NCBI RefSeq assembly: GCF_006345805.1 | Contig: NC_043001.1 | Coordinates: forward strand, 36,828,001-36,892,000 | From: Octopus sinensis | Lineage: Eukaryota | Length of the DNA stretch: 64,000 nt | Reading direction: 5' to 3' | Part shown: in pieces, positions 24,923 through 40,250 of the stretch | How the letters are laid out: the number at the start of each line of letters is the position of its first letter | Position numbering within the stretch: the stretch's first letter is position 1 | Notes under the pieces: model-generated | What the model was told of the DNA's origin: nothing | The model's database searches: none | The model's input: the letters and a program-made list of their open reading frames with translations, nothing else | Made by a program: the position numbers and the translations under genes

Positions 24923-26117
24923 CTCATCTCTTAAATATAGTACTATACTGTGTGCATCTTTGTTACTGTTAAAATTCAAATTTCTCATCCCACTATGATT
25001 TAAAATTTATCTAGTAGTAGTTACCTCGCTTACAATATTTGGTACCCCAAGATCTCGTATTCTTTTTCTTCCGAAGAATTTCAATTAATTTATTTCATGT
25101 TCATGAAATTTCCTTCATCACAACGTTCTTAATTAGATGCGAACTAGTGTGTTAAACGGTGTTAAATAACAGAGGTAACTTGTATCGACGGCGCCAATTT
25201 GCGTTTTAGCAACTAAGGTGTAAATTTAGAAATTTTCTGCATTTTCTGAATTAGGAAAACGCTGAGATTAATTCCACATAGGTTGAAACTTATTCTGTAA
25301 AATCCAAATGTGTTAATGAATCTAGAATGCTGTAATGCTGTAGCTATTACGGCACTTGTTTACAACGCTCATAAATACGAAAGCATCGCAATATTTCAGG
25401 AAATATTTACCAGACGTTCGTTTCCAGATTAACAATTACTATTAATGGAGATACATAAAGGGAAATGAGATGTGTTCTAAATCTTTCAGCGAGAAAAATT
25501 CTCACCTGTCGATTATAAAATTTTAGCCGTGCAAGAAACGCGTTAATACACAAATATACACACATACGCGCGCAATCACACACACACATACACAGGCATA
25601 TTACACGTTAATAAAAGACAATATTATATTTTCATATTCTACTTCCTTTTAGCCTTTTCTGATGATTGCCTGGGTTTTTGACCTCCTGATAGGAACCCAA
25701 TTGGTAAATTGATGGTTACGAGAATATCATATTATATTTTATTAATGTTAATAATAAAATATTCTCACTCGATTATCAAACATATGAGTAACGATATACG
25801 AACATATATACATACAGACAGGAGTTTTCCTGGAGGTTAGAATATAATAACACTTGTTCTACATGGAACAGTCACGTAAAAGTGATAACAGCCTTTACTG
25901 TTATACATATATATATATATATATAAAACTTAGCTGCTTTCTCGTATACAAGCAAAATTATTGCTAGAAAGAATCACTGAAATGAGTCATTGTTGATGCA
26001 TTGTGAGGCCCTTGTGTGACTCAAGACTTGCACATTATATATATATAGTTGTATTTCGGGTTGGTCATTTTTTTCTCTTTTTCTGCTAAATAAACAGACG
26101 AATTATATATATACATA

Positions 26118-26155
26118 CTGTCTGATGAACGGCAACGAGAAACTCAGAGTAACAG
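26118..26155 (+). ncRNA. Minimal type I hammerhead motif within a ~140-bp (TA)n-flanked repeat (~26060-26195)
   Basis: CTGT-CTGATGA-A-CG(GCAA)CG-A-GAAAC-TCAGA-GTA-ACAG: perfect core, helix I CTGT/ACAG, near-palindromic helix III ACTC-A-GAGT, GUA site. Confidence 0.7.
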
Positions 26156-26203
26156 ATTTTGTTGAATTTTCTGCTGCTTAAAATAAAGTATATTATATAT
26201 ATA

Positions 26204-26252
<49 letters not shown>

Positions 26253-26268
26253 TAGATATATATAATAA

Positions 26269-26335
<67 letters not shown>

Positions 26336-26342
26336 ATATATT

Positions 26343-26458
26343 TATGGCCTGCTTGCTTAGCCAGCGGGGTGGCGTCATTTGAAGGCTAAAACAATGCAAA
26401 GCGCATTGTGACCAGCGATGTGTAGCAATATCTGATAGCCTGGTCGGTCACGGTGATA
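26343..26458 (+). mobile_element. Solo 3' tail of the 18339-18640 SINE family
   Basis: GGCCTGCTTGCTTAGCCAGCGGGGTGG..GAAGGCTAAAAC..GGTCACGGTGAT matches 18520-18635. Confidence 0.85.
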
Positions 26459-26694
26459 TATATATATATATTATTCACTCGTTTATCACTGATGTCATTT
26501 TATTATTTTAACTCATGTCCATTGTCCGGAAATCTTTCCTTACGCATCTGTGACCTCTTCAGCGACACATTTCGTTTTCGTTTGTGTTCTTGTTCCACTT
26601 AAGATGTGTATCATTATGTTCGCATCCGTTTGTGTCCTTCTTTGTGTGTGTGTGTGTGTGTGTGTGGGTGTGTGTGTATGTGTGTGTGTGTGTG

Positions 26695-26735
<41 letters not shown>

Positions 26736-27163
26736 TAGATTTTAGTAGCATTGTGGACTTACCCTCAGCCCCATCCTCTTACCCATTGTGTTGCTGCTGT
26801 CCTAAGACCCGAAAAAAATGATACAGTTCCTGTATTTCTCTGTGTATGTGTCTTCGCCCACGGTGTTGCCATCGTGGTAGTTGTAGTTGTTATTGCCATC
26901 GTTGGTACCGCCGCTGCTGCTGACCGTATTAATTGTGTTGTTGACATTGTTATGATCGCCCATGAAGTTTCATGTGTGTGTGTATTGGTTCGCTTCGTAT
27001 GTATCCATGCACTTTATATAGTTTTATTTAGTTATTTTATCTGTCTCTGTCTTATATTTATCATAGGTATGTGACATACATATTTATATACTTATTTATT
27101 TATATGATTATATATCTAATTATTTACTTTTTTATACATATATCTTTATTTTTCAAAAGTATC

Positions 27164-27550
27164 GTGGCTGTGTGGTAAGTAGCTTGCTAACCAACCACAT
27201 GGTTGGTCAACTGCGCGGCACATTGGGCAAGTGTCTTCTACTATAGCCTCGGGCCGACCAAAGCCTTGTGAGTGGATTTGATAGACGGAAACTGAAATAA
27301 GTCCTTCGTATATATGTATGTGTATGTATGTGTGTGTATATATTTGTTTGTCTGTGTTTGTCCCCCCAACATCGCTTGACAAACGATGCTGGTGTGTTTA
27401 CACCCCGTAACTTAGCGGTTCGGCAAAAAAGATCGATAAAATAAGTACTAGGCTTACAAAGAATGACTCCTGGGTTCGATTTGCTCGACTAAAGGCGGTG
27501 CTCCAGCATGGCCGCAGTTAAATGACTGAAACAAGTAAAAGAGTAAAAAG
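27164..27550 (+). mobile_element. CORE-type SINE, full length
   Basis: Same head/core/tail as 11571-11975. Confidence 0.9.
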
Positions 27551-27945
27551 TAAAGAGGCAAGTGCATTGTTTCTGTGTATTATTTACGGGGTTTTTTCTC
27601 TTCTTTTCTTTTCACTCTCTCTTCTCATCCCTACTGTGTTTGGCCACGTTGTGCGGTGTGGTGGTGAGTGTTACTGTTACCGTTCCATTCTAATGAAACA
27701 GAAACAGTGGTGATGCCAGAAGTCGTGAAAACGTCACCTCTTCCTCCGTCAGTTTTCTCATCGAAGCTTGCATATAGACAACTTCTATCTTATGGTATTT
27801 CTCTGTTGTTTAGATAGTCTGCAAATCCAGTTTATGAAAATACCCAAAGAAGAGAAATCTCTGCAAGAATTAGACCAATAGGAAAAGAGAATATGTAATA
27901 GAACATGCAACTGAAAACAAAGTTGTGTGCGTGTGTGTGGGGAGA

Positions 27946-28081
<136 letters not shown>

Positions 28082-28214
28082 TGTATCCAGTAATAGGGAT
28101 TAGCATAGAGTAATCTCAGATATATTGTAAGCGCTCAGCATATTGTCGGATGTGTATGATGTAATCCTCAAATAAAGATGTGATAAATCTCCATTCTTGT
28201 TGATGTCGTTATAC

Positions 28215-28245
<31 letters not shown>

Positions 28246-28878
28246 TGTATGTATGTATGTATGTATGTATATATCACTCTTCTTTCTTTCGTTCCCCCTC
28301 TCTCACATTTCCCGGCTTTCCCTTCATTCTCATCTTCCCTCCTGTTTCACTTCACTCTCTTCCTTTTTCTCGTCCCTCCCTAATTCTTCGGTCCCTCTAC
28401 TTTTACCTCTCTTCTCTCTCCCCACGTTGCCAGTGTTCGACCAAGCCTGACCTTTCTTTGTTTGTTCGACTACCATCCGTGTAACATCTATATTACTCCC
28501 CATGCCTGTCATCTCATATGTCCCCGCCGTAAGGCTTCACTTTTACACATACCTGCTTAATTTAATTCGTTCTTTGTCGAAAGACACATATTGTTATGTC
28601 CTGCTTTCTTCCAAGGAATCTAATGTTCTTAGCTTAGTTTTTTCTTGGGGCTAGCCAGATTAGAGCAATCTTGAGTATAACCAACTGAAATTGCAAAGAT
28701 AATCTGGAACTCGTCTGAGGAAAGAAAACTTCGAATGACCTGTCCGTGTTTTTTTCTTGTCCCTCTCTTGAATCATCTGTCTGGATGTTTTGCGTTCCTG
28801 CCCCATTTTTTGTATTCCTTTTCAGATATATATATATAAATGTATGTATGTATGTATGTATGTATGTATGTATGTATG

Positions 28879-28934
<56 letters not shown>

Positions 28935-28959
28935 TATGTATGTGTGTATGTATTATTCG

Positions 28960-29165
28960 TAAATATTGGTTTCAAATTTTGGCACAAGAACAACTTTTCG
29001 GAGTAGGGAGCTAAGTCGATTAGATCGACACCTGTTCTCATCTGGTACTTATTTTATCAATCTAGAAAGGATAAAAGGCGAAATTGACCCTGGTGAGATT
29101 TAAACTCAGACAATAAAGCCGAATTTTTCCCGGCGTGCTCACGATTCTGCCTGTTCGCCGCCCTA
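28960..29165 (-). mobile_element. Meta-like SINE, diverged
   Basis: GGTTTCAAATTTTGGCACAAG...CTGGTACTTATTTTATC..AAAGGATAAAAGGCGAAATTGACC...CGATTCTGCC..TCGCCGCC. Confidence 0.75.
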
Positions 29166-31487
29166 TAATTGATAAATATTCAAACCCCAGTATTTTTTGC
29201 AGATATTTATGACTTTATCTACTACTAGTTCTACAGTTAAAAACAAACTATTCAACGTATTCTCGACTTCCCTAAATTCAAACGTTTCTATAATACATTT
29301 TATATAATGGGTCTATAAATGCAGTCTACAAATTTATAAAAGTAAGTGTCAATTTTATTGACAATATCACGTGTTTCGTAGTTCAGACTTTTTGCGTATT
29401 TAGTACTGAGTCCTTCATAGTTGTGGACCTATATTGCATGAGATTCCTTGCATAGTGGTGTAATACCTATATATAGGCTAACAGTTACGGTTACACTCAC
29501 GTGGGTATGTATCAAATCTCATAGTATGACATTTTAACTATTTTCTACTCGAGGCAACCACAAATAGTGAGTAAATCTCAGTACTCACTAGCGATTTGAC
29601 ATCATGCTGGATGTCTGCACTTATTTTTAGTGGGGTAGACATAAATTGTTTTTAAGGTATAATGTGACCACTGGAGCTGGTTGCGATGACCACTCAACTC
29701 AAGGTCTCCGGTATATGGTTATCAAGATATTTTGCTCTTTATACTCATCAGTTTTAAAAGCTCCATAGAAATGTCACGACTGCTGCCCTTCTGCTGATTG
29801 AACCATAAAATACAATATATTCTATTAAATATGCAGTTCAATTTGCATTTACTACAGTTGCACGTTACTCGACGAGAGACAGTCGTGCAAGTTGACCTAT
29901 AATATTTAAATGAATTTTTCAACGTTTTCAACAATGGAAACAGTTTTTTTTTCATAAATATTAAAGGAAAGTGATCAACATATAATTGAGATAGAACGAA
30001 GCTATTTAGACGAAGTATCAAACATTAACAATAAATTGTATGGGGAAAAGAAAATAATGTAAGATCAATTATATTACACCTAAATTCGGTTGAGTACGTA
30101 AAGTGTATAGGTTATCACACAGTAGTATCAAAAAGCAAACGTAGGTTCGACATCTACGACTTCTTCCTAATTTTATCAGCATTCATATCTCCAAGTTCTG
30201 CAATGTCACAACTTATAAAGGTATTTGTTGTTTGTTTCTAAGTGCACTGTTAATTTAAGTTTTTTCTTTTTTGTTTTCACATTTCATGTACAGTGTCCTC
30301 TTTCACGGATTTCACTTGACTAAGGAATATAATCGAGGGCAATACTATTATATACATAACATCTATTTTAAAGTCAATTTATGGAACGAAACTGAAACAA
30401 TATGAGAGAGGAGTGTACAACACATGTCGTAGAGTAAATAATTCATTATGACTGATTTTTTTAACTCGCGACTCAAGTTTCACGCAGCAGCAATCTAGAG
30501 GCGAGAAAATTGCTTATCAAAAGTGAGATTACCATTTCTCTTCAATAAACTACATATAAATGTATCTGTGTGTTTGTGTATTAATGATTTGCTTTTAGAA
30601 TCCACAGCTCAGCGAAATAGTTGCTGTGTTTTGTTTACGTCAACTACAGCATCAAGTCCAGCCTTAAGCACTTCAATTTTATATGAATGTAGGCACGCCC
30701 TATAGCATATTAAGATATTTTAATACAACATAGTCATACGGTACAGAAGGAAATATAAGGCTATCTATGATATCATATAGACTTTCTTGGCGTTCATCCT
30801 ATGAAAGCTTTTCAATGCGTTTTCTGTACATATTATTCTTCAGTAAATTTCTAATAATTTTAATTAGTTACAATGGAAATACTAAGAAGACCGAAGAAGA
30901 CATTCTAAAGGAGAGTTTTATTTAGCTCTTTGCAAATCCCTTTCACTCATAGAGATATGGATCAACATATCAGATAAACATTTTCAAGTTAGAAGAGGTA
31001 ACAAGTTAATAACAAAGAATATAGTTTTCAAAGTGAGTCTCTCTCAAAGCTGTACATAAATTAATTCCTAAGTTGTCTTTACAGTATCTCAGTAATCAAA
31101 CGTATATATGAATTTAATTTTAAAATAAACTACGCATTCCAATGAAAAAAGAGATTCTGATTGTTTAAAGACAAGATAACCATGGAAATGTTATTAAATG
31201 CTACTTCAAAAGGTACCATCTGCACAGCTCCTATCCTCTTTTGTCTCAAGTAGACAAGATACAAAATATATTTAATAAAGGTAGAAAACATTATAAATGG
31301 AAGTTTACATTATTTAAAACGAAAACTAGCTAAAGGAAATATTTTAAAAGGACATATTGACATCAATATGGAGAGTGAATACAAAAAGAATAATATATCA
31401 AATATATTATTCTCGAAGAAAGCCATATAGCTGAATATATAGACGGATATATATATATATATATATATATAGACGTAAATATATATA

Positions 31488-31527
<40 letters not shown>

Positions 31528-31716
31528 GCTTAGAGAAGAAGGAGAAACGAAACGAAACGAAACGAATCGAATCGAATCGACGCGATGGCGCTCAGTCATA
31601 CAATAGTGTAATAAATAAAATATATGCATACATACATACATATATGTACGTACCTACATCTATATGTATATATACATGCAAATATAAATATATATACGTA
31701 AGTACAGGACACCACA

Positions 31717-31747
<31 letters not shown>

Positions 31748-31780
31748 TACGCATACACAGACAAACAAACAGATAGATAT

Positions 31781-31916
<136 letters not shown>

Positions 31917-32469
31917 CCCGACAGACAGTCAAACAAACATCTACAACCACTCATATACGCATATTACTTACACCTGTATATGTATGTAAGAGAGAAAACC
32001 CGTGTCTTTGAAAGAGAGAGAAAAAATGTACCACACAGAGAAATAGATCAATATAGTTTGTGTGTGCCTTCCTGTAATAAGTGAAACCTGACACAAAACC
32101 CATCGAGTTGTGTATATGTATCTTTAAGCTTATGCTATTATGTATGCGTTTGTTATTTTTTTTTTCTAATATTTATAAAATATACAGATGTTATATGGAC
32201 ATTGAAAATAGAGAATAGTTTCATGGATATTGAAAATTTGTTGCATTTATCTGATATGTACTTTTTAGTTGGGAATTCACGAAAAAGTACAAGCAAAAGA
32301 TGCAGAAATATTTAAAATAATAGCACAGTAAATGCAGTATAGAATCGACAATTAACGAGTTGTCTATATGTTTGTGTGTGCACCAATCACTTGAAATGGT
32401 GTGCGTGTATGCATATAAGCATAACTGTATACATATGTATGTAAGTATATATGTATATTTTGTATGTAT

Positions 32470-33130
<661 letters not shown>

Positions 33131-33392
33131 ACATATATAATATATATTCGTATATATTAAGTGCTAATCAAGTACACGAAACAGAAGCATGAATCCTGAG
33201 TAATAGAAAGTGGCTGGTGGACGTTTTTACTTACGCCCTCCATTAGAACAACAGAAGTAATCCACAAAGCACAATCGAAAAAAAGCTTAGCGAATGTAGT
33301 CAACAATATTGTAAGAAGAGGTGGCTCTCGAAAGTAAAGTCAATTTCTCAACAATACACGAATTTCCTGTGTCTCTATGATACAAAAGAAGG

Positions 33393-33831
33393 TCGGATCT
33401 TTTCCGGTTTGAACGGCAGTTTTTAACGTAATTTCTAGGTAACTAAAAAATTTTAAACTTCATATACTGGTAGAATATGTTCATAAAACATCTTTTTCTC
33501 TTGGCTTTATTGAGAAAATTCTATAGTTTGTAAGATATTTGTTGTTTTTTTTCCTTCAATTTCTGCAATTTCAACCAATCAAATACGTCTATTGAGGTAA
33601 AAAAAAAAAAACATTCTGTGCCGTATGAATATGTTCCTCGTTTAAGAAACAGATTGGGTTTATTTACATTTGTGAAGAAAAAAGATACCCTTATCCCCAC
33701 CCCTAACCCTAACTAACCCTAACCCTAAAACAGATTGAAATGCAATAGATCGATACTAGGGTCATAATTATGGGTGACAATTTCATATGATACCGCTAGA
33801 AAAAAATGCCGTTCAAACCGAAAAGATCCGA
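33393..33831. mobile_element. MITE-like element with ~30-bp TIRs and an internal (TAACCC)n-like tract
   Basis: TCGGATCTTTTCCGGTTTGAACGGCA versus TGCCGTTCAAACCGAAAAGATCCGA. CCCTAACCCTAACTAACCCTAACCCTAA at 33701-33728. Confidence 0.75.
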
Positions 33832-36800
33832 AGGACAACTAGCCTAAATACAACACAATCATTCGTAAAAGAGAGTAATATTACAGACTATAATTCTATA
33901 AAACTATTGGAATTCTGTAATATTGCTACCATTTAATGGGTAACCATCAACCACTATCTCAAGCATCACAAATGTGAGCTATTTTCTTCTTGGACAGCCA
34001 AGCAACAGTAGCCATAATAAATTTTTATTTTTCGGTACTATATAACGAATAATCTATATCTGAGAAATAGTAGTACTAAGCACTTCTCCCTTCTTCGCAG
34101 GTGTATTACGGTGCGTAGGTGTGTGTGTATCTTCTATGTTTACCTGATTCAGCCGCTGTATTTAATTGGGTCCCTTCATTTGAAGCATTTATCATAATTT
34201 TTCTGTAAAAACAGACGGATAAAATAAATGCTAGACTGAAAATATATTTATACTGAAATTTAAATAGTCAACTGAAAATAATCCTTGCAGACTGTAATCC
34301 AATGGCCGAAAGCAATTAAAGAATAAAGAAATACCTGTGAGTAAATTTTTCTCTTTTTTCTAACTGATACCATAACATTACATGATACGTGTGCTCTTAT
34401 TGGTTACAATTTCAGATAATAGATAGCTTTTTTTAATGGTATCTGCCAGTGAACCAAAACGTTCCTTTTGTCCGTTACACACGTAAATTATAAAAAAAAA
34501 TATATACTACCACCAGCTCTGCCTATGAAATATCCTTCGTTTGTGCTGTTCAGTTTACGATACTTGTTTCGGATGATCAAATTAAGCAGAATGGTTTCAA
34601 TTTCAAGAACAGAAGCAAGTGAAACGTGGGACAAACTGAAAGTTAGTTTACATTTATCTGAGCTGTCATTTTCACAATGAACATTAAAGGTAGAGCGGCT
34701 GTTCAAAAGGAAGTAGTAGAATATATATAAATAATGGGTTTTAACTACCCAGGTGTACAAATCCGTTGACATTAAATAAATCTAATTCAGGAGAGAAACG
34801 AAAACTCACTTGTACGGAACTGATATTACTACAACTAAGAATGTGCTGGAATTTTTTTCTAAACTGCAATTACTTAAAACGATTCTACATATGTATTTCC
34901 TACTACTATCCGTTCTAACTCACCTCTCATGATTACATTTTCAAAATAATATATAAATCAAACAGATGCGAGCAGAAATTATATACACTCTCGTGTTTTC
35001 GAAATACATTTCTAACCCCACAAAGTCATTTTTCAGTAGGTTTTAGTTGTTAGTGTTGTGTTTGTTGGTCGGGGGTTCAGTTACTCTCGTTTAATTAGAT
35101 CGAAGTACGACACCACGTTGACGAAGCGTTAAGAAATACTTTAGTTGAAGAAGAAGGGTTTAGCAATCAATTTAAATTTCTCTTTGCGCAGGTGCGTAGA
35201 CACATTGAGCGACTAAGTGATGTTGATTGGTGAATAATTACAATGGACACAAGGAGTTTTAAATATTTAGCAGTAAATAAAAATTAGATTTTCAGCAGAT
35301 ACAATTACCAAATGGATGTGGCATCATTGGTAATAAATTAGTGTTGTTATATACCTTGGTATAAGATTTACAGTTTTATTCTCTTTGCTTCATACATCTA
35401 ATGGGCACTAAACAGGTCGTAAATGAGCCAGGAATACGTCATCAGAGTTAATTAAAAGCGTAATTAAACATTTTGGAGACACTGATTCTTCATTATAGTC
35501 GAATACGCAGCTGATGATAAAGAGCTAACACTAAATACTAAATCTAGCTTGATGACTTGAAGGTTTGAATTCAAAGACAACAGGTGTTTTCTATATATTT
35601 CTTCCAAAAGAAGACGGTAAGATAGGTAACTAATCAATCGCTTGAGACTGAGTCAGCCCTTGTTCTGTCGCAGTGGCCATAAAAATTTATAATGTGGTTA
35701 TTAATTTAAAAAAATATACCTTTATTAATCCCCTCTTTGAAACTATTTTGTAAACATTATATCTGCTTTATAGTTTTTTTCATTCAATAATTCATGTCCC
35801 CTGCTTTTTTATTTAGTAAACGTTAATGTAAATATTAACAAAAGCAACAATTACTCTTATTTTGTAATTCATTCAAATTAGTAAATATTGTCGAACTAAA
35901 ATTTGTAACCTGAGATTTATGAATTACTACTACAGAAAATTAGCAGAGACGTTAGAACGTTGGACAGATGCCCGCGTTATTTAAGCCGACTCTGAACTGT
36001 GTTCAAATCCATCCGATGTCGACATTGCCTTTCATATTTCGGGATCGATAGAAACTGCACCTATCCAAGGCGGCGAAACTGTAAGAACGTCGAACTGGAT
36101 GCATTGTGATATATATTCCAGCTGTTTGAGTTCTCAGTTCAAATTCACCATAGACTACTTGAGTGGTAGACTTAATCTGTCGCCCAGTTTAACATTCTTA
36201 CTTGGTACATTGGGTACCTTTAGAAGAATCTGCTCTGTTGCAAGAAAGTTTTTGGTTTAGAATATCTTTCCCCTCTTACATGTGTCGGAGAGCCTGCAAT
36301 GAGGCAGTACTAGTGCCTCTCCTCACAACTATAAGATAGTTGAAAGATATTGGATTTTAAATAAGTTTCATTTATAAATACAATTTAGGCGGTCTACTGA
36401 TTGAATCGTATAATAAAACGATTAAATTATCGCGCTAACTGTGACACGACGTAGTTTCTGATTGTTTCGATAGAAAAGATCAAGTGATTTTGGAGAAAAT
36501 TCATTTTACACTACTAGTAATTGTGTTGTAGTTTTATGAATATTGTAATTTGCCTAGACTCAGAAATACATGACCACGTTTTAGTACGCTAATTTTCAGA
36601 GTACTAAAATTGAAAACCATTAACTCTACGACATAAAAGCTAACAATAATTTCTAGCTCCGAACCCGAACCCTGAATGTCCATTATTAGCACATCAAGCA
36701 ATTTTAACCATTATATTGTCGGGACGAATTATTCCCCTTCAAAACTGTTCCTTATATGTCCGAAATGCTATTAGAAACTTCATTACTTGTTTTTCACATA

Positions 36801-38372
36801 CGCTGACCATCTGATATGACCAGTCTATGATAAATCTTCCATTCAATCTTTCAACTTACCACGGCCAATATCGCATCATCTCTATGGCGGCACCAATGAA
36901 AGTGAATCATTTGATAACAACTGACTGCAACACTTCACTGGCACACGCACCCTCCACAACGGCGATTTTACGTCTAAGAGGAAAAGAGAAATGTTTTAAC
37001 TCTTCGGAAATATACAGCCTATTCAAAGAAAAAGAAAAGAAGAAAGAAAAGTGAAGAAGGAGAATAAAAGCCAAAGAAAGGTTATAAAGGATATTAGATA
37101 AAGGACGATAATTGTGATGTAATAAACTGTGAAACCTCACCAGTACATCAGAGTTTATAGCAAACATGTTTATCGTGCAACGAAGAAGGTGTCATAGTAT
37201 GAGAAAAATGTACAGCTAGTTTATATTAATAGCGTGTGCATTGGTAGACGGTGCCGGCGATATTTGGTTATATTACTTCCGTTAATCACGACTCTTTAAC
37301 GGCTGTTTGTGATGAGAAAAGACGAAAATTACAGTGGCTGGTGGATTTTGCCAGTAGCCTGTCACGGGAAAGTGATAGAAAATTTATTAACTCCGATCTA
37401 GACTCATAAAAAGAAAGTACTATACTCGGTTGAACCAATTCGCCGGACAAAATAATAATCGTCTTAAACCGCTGGACAAGAATGAATGGACGGCAGAGGA
37501 AATGGTTCAGTATATCTAATATTTATAGTTTTACTACAGTATGAGATGCCATTTTGATCCCTTTTGAAATCTTCATTTCCTCTTAACATTACTAATACAG
37601 ACATATTCTCCTTGAAATATCGATACCATACTTATTGAATTCCATTTTTGACATATTGACAGCCATTATGTTCGAAGTTTAGCAGTCTTATAAATTAGTA
37701 ACCCGAAGAACATATTTTTATATTCGATAGAGAAGACCGTGTTTTCCAGTTATATTGAAATTGGCATCTACTTTACGGAAGTGTAAACGGTGATTAAATA
37801 CAGGATTGGAAGTAAATCAGCAAAGAAAAAAAAAGATTAGATGAAAATAAGTGACAAGGAACGAATGGAGTTTATTTGCCTTACGTCGTCATTTATAGTC
37901 ATAACCCTCAGACTATTAAACAACGTATAGTTCTCTAAAGTTTATGAAAAAATATGGAACCCGTTCAGTGTAGTAGATGATTTCATTGATCTCAGAGCAG
38001 AGAACATTAATTCGACATTAAATCAGAACCAAGATTTGAATTCACTCATTAATAGTTCGAGATATTTGTAACTTATTATAATTCGGTAATACTATTTTCA
38101 CTAACTGGTGTTATGTCTTAGGACAATAGTTGAACTGTATGTATGTATATATAATGTAAGTGTTTGTATGCATATATGCATACATAATCACACGCATACA
38201 TACTTACGTGTACACTTAAATACAAATATTCATGTTATATTATTGTCACGAATATGTTCGCGGTTAACCATTTACATAAAGAATTAATAATTTGTTTCCT
38301 TGAGCACAATAGTGTCTCTAAAATATATAACGAGTAAGTTCCGTCGATATGTTTTAACCTGTGTCAATACCT

Positions 38373-39197
38373 ATCATGATTATTGTGGAATGTTACTGTC
38401 GAAGCAATCGAGTAACTGAGTGTGGGTGTACAAGTCAGAAATTCCAGTTTGAAAGTGCATAGAAATCGACAGGAGAAACATTTTCCCTCTGTAACTCTCT
38501 CTTAGACAAGAAGGAATTGCGACCAAGTCAGAGCTATAAGGTAAAAACATGATAGGTTTTAACCTGTGTTAAATCCTGCAATCTACCAGAATTTTATCAC
38601 CTTTAAATGATCTTTCAATCCTAATTCATTCACCACATACGTATCACCTGCTTTTATGAAATTGTTTGGATAATTTCCTTCTACTTTTTTTGGATATTTC
38701 CCTTATTTTATCACTTTCAATATTCTTAATTGCTTTTCTTCCTCCAAGATTTTTCTTTCATATGATGTAATTAATTTTCGACATTGCATCTTGGTCTTCT
38801 TCGCTTAATTATTATAATTATTAGTATAATTAGTGCAATTAGTATAATTATTGAAGAATATACTCCATCCCTTTTTCATCTCCACAGCAGATTCACCTTG
38901 TTTATTTCCCTAAAATTCTTCTCCGTTTCATTCCATCAACTCCACTTTTATACAGAATCTGTACCTACCTGTGAAAATATTCCTTTAATTGCTTCGTGTG
39001 TCAGTTCAGCAAACAACCCATTTTATCTTATAGCTCTGACTTGGTTACAATTCCTCATTGTCCAAGCCAAATTTACAAGGGAAAAGAAATCTTTCTCCTG
39101 CCGATTTCTATGCACTTTCAATCTGGAATTTCTGACTGGTACACCCACTCTTATTTACTCGATTTCTTCGATAGTAATATTCCACAATAATCATGAT
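38373..39197 (-). mobile_element. R4/Dong-like LINE N-terminal fragment (38580-39197, minus) with an inverted duplicate of its 5' 175 bp (38373-38547, plus)
   Basis: Minus frames give MIIVEYYYRRN, NQVRAIR.NGLFAELTHEAIK and NNFIKAGDTYVVNELGLK..K.W, resembling R4-clade N-terminal motifs. The two arms are clearly alignable. Confidence 0.65.
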
Positions 39198-39499
39198 TCT
39201 TGTTAACTCTGTTTCATCTCAACTGATCGCTAACAATTTCAGGATAACGACCGGGTTTATACTGCCGCAAAATAGAGCACCTACCGAGTGAGACACCATC
39301 TTTCGCTCCAGTTCCTTAAATGTCATTATTCAATAAATCATGATTTAACATTTTTACTCATATGAAGCAATGAAAATGAGACTGCATAGTCATGAGTATT
39401 ATCTTCCAGGCGCCATCATTACGAAAGTTGCCAACCAAAGTTTAAGAGGTCTTCTTTCTTCCTATCAGACAAACTTAAGGTCGCTTACCTCCAACCTAA

Positions 39500-39640
39500 A
39501 TAAGTTCAAATTCCTCGAGGTCGACATTACTTTGGGTTCGATAAAATGAGTACCAGTTGAGCGGTGGGGGTCGATGTAATCGACGAACAACGCTCTGAAA
39601 TTGCTGGCCTTGTGAGAAAATTTGAAGCCATTATTATTAT
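39500..39640 (+). mobile_element. Meta-like SINE fragment
   Basis: AGTTCAAATTCCTCGAGGTCGAC..TTCGATAAAATGAGTACCAGTTGAGC..GGGGTCGATGTAATCGAC..TTGCTGGCCTTGTG..AAATTTGAAGCC. Confidence 0.75.
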
Positions 39641-39869
39641 TGTTGTTGTTGTTGTTGTTGTTGTTATTGTTGTTTTTGTCACTTAAAGGTTTCGTTTACA
39701 TTATTTTACATTCTGAATTCAAATAATATCGAAGTCGACATTGCTTTACATTTATTCAGGTCCATGACAAAAAAAAAATTAAAAAAACGTACCGCATAGG
39801 GTTGGATATATTCTCTTATTTATCAACGACAGTGGTGTAACAAAATGATGAAGTGGCAGAGGAAAAGAT

Positions 39870-40203
39870 AGGGAAGAAGAAGAAGAAGAAGGATGGAGGG
39901 TGTTGTTGCGGTGGTGGAGGTGGTGTTGTGGTGGTGTTGACGGTGGAATTGGAGGATATGATGATGAGGATGATAGTTATAGTGATCAGATGATGATGAT
40001 GATGATGATGACGACGATGATGATGATGTTGATGATGATAGGCTGGCTTTGGCAGCGGGGGTGGTTGTCCTGTTGATGAAGAAGGAGATGATAGCAAGGA
40101 CGAATGATGATGATGATGATGAGGAGGAGGAGGAGGAGGAGGAGGAGGATGTTGATTACGACGACGATGAAAATAATGATGATGATGATGATGATGTTGA
40201 TGT

Positions 40204-40236
<33 letters not shown>

Positions 40237-40250
40237 CGATGACGGCGGCG
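39870..40250. repeat. Compound trinucleotide tract (GAA/GGT/GAT/GAG/GAC)
   Basis: Directly visible; gives the poly-D/E ORF 40049-40336. Confidence 0.9.

Noticed and set aside
25655-25715. CTGATGA followed by a stem
   Set aside because: No GAAA box or NUH site follows helix II.
28714-28750. CTGAGGA-AAG(AAAA)CTT-CGAAT hammerhead-like string
   Set aside because: GAAA is altered to GAAT and helices I/III are unconvincing. It may be a decayed copy, so it was not called.
31540-31582. (CGAAA)n to (CGAAT)n pentamer run
   Set aside because: A short simple repeat with no further structure.
34080-35240. Acceptor-like sites at ~34100 and ~35190 with a possible micro-exon
   Set aside because: Cannot be distinguished from chance in AT-rich DNA without RNA-seq.
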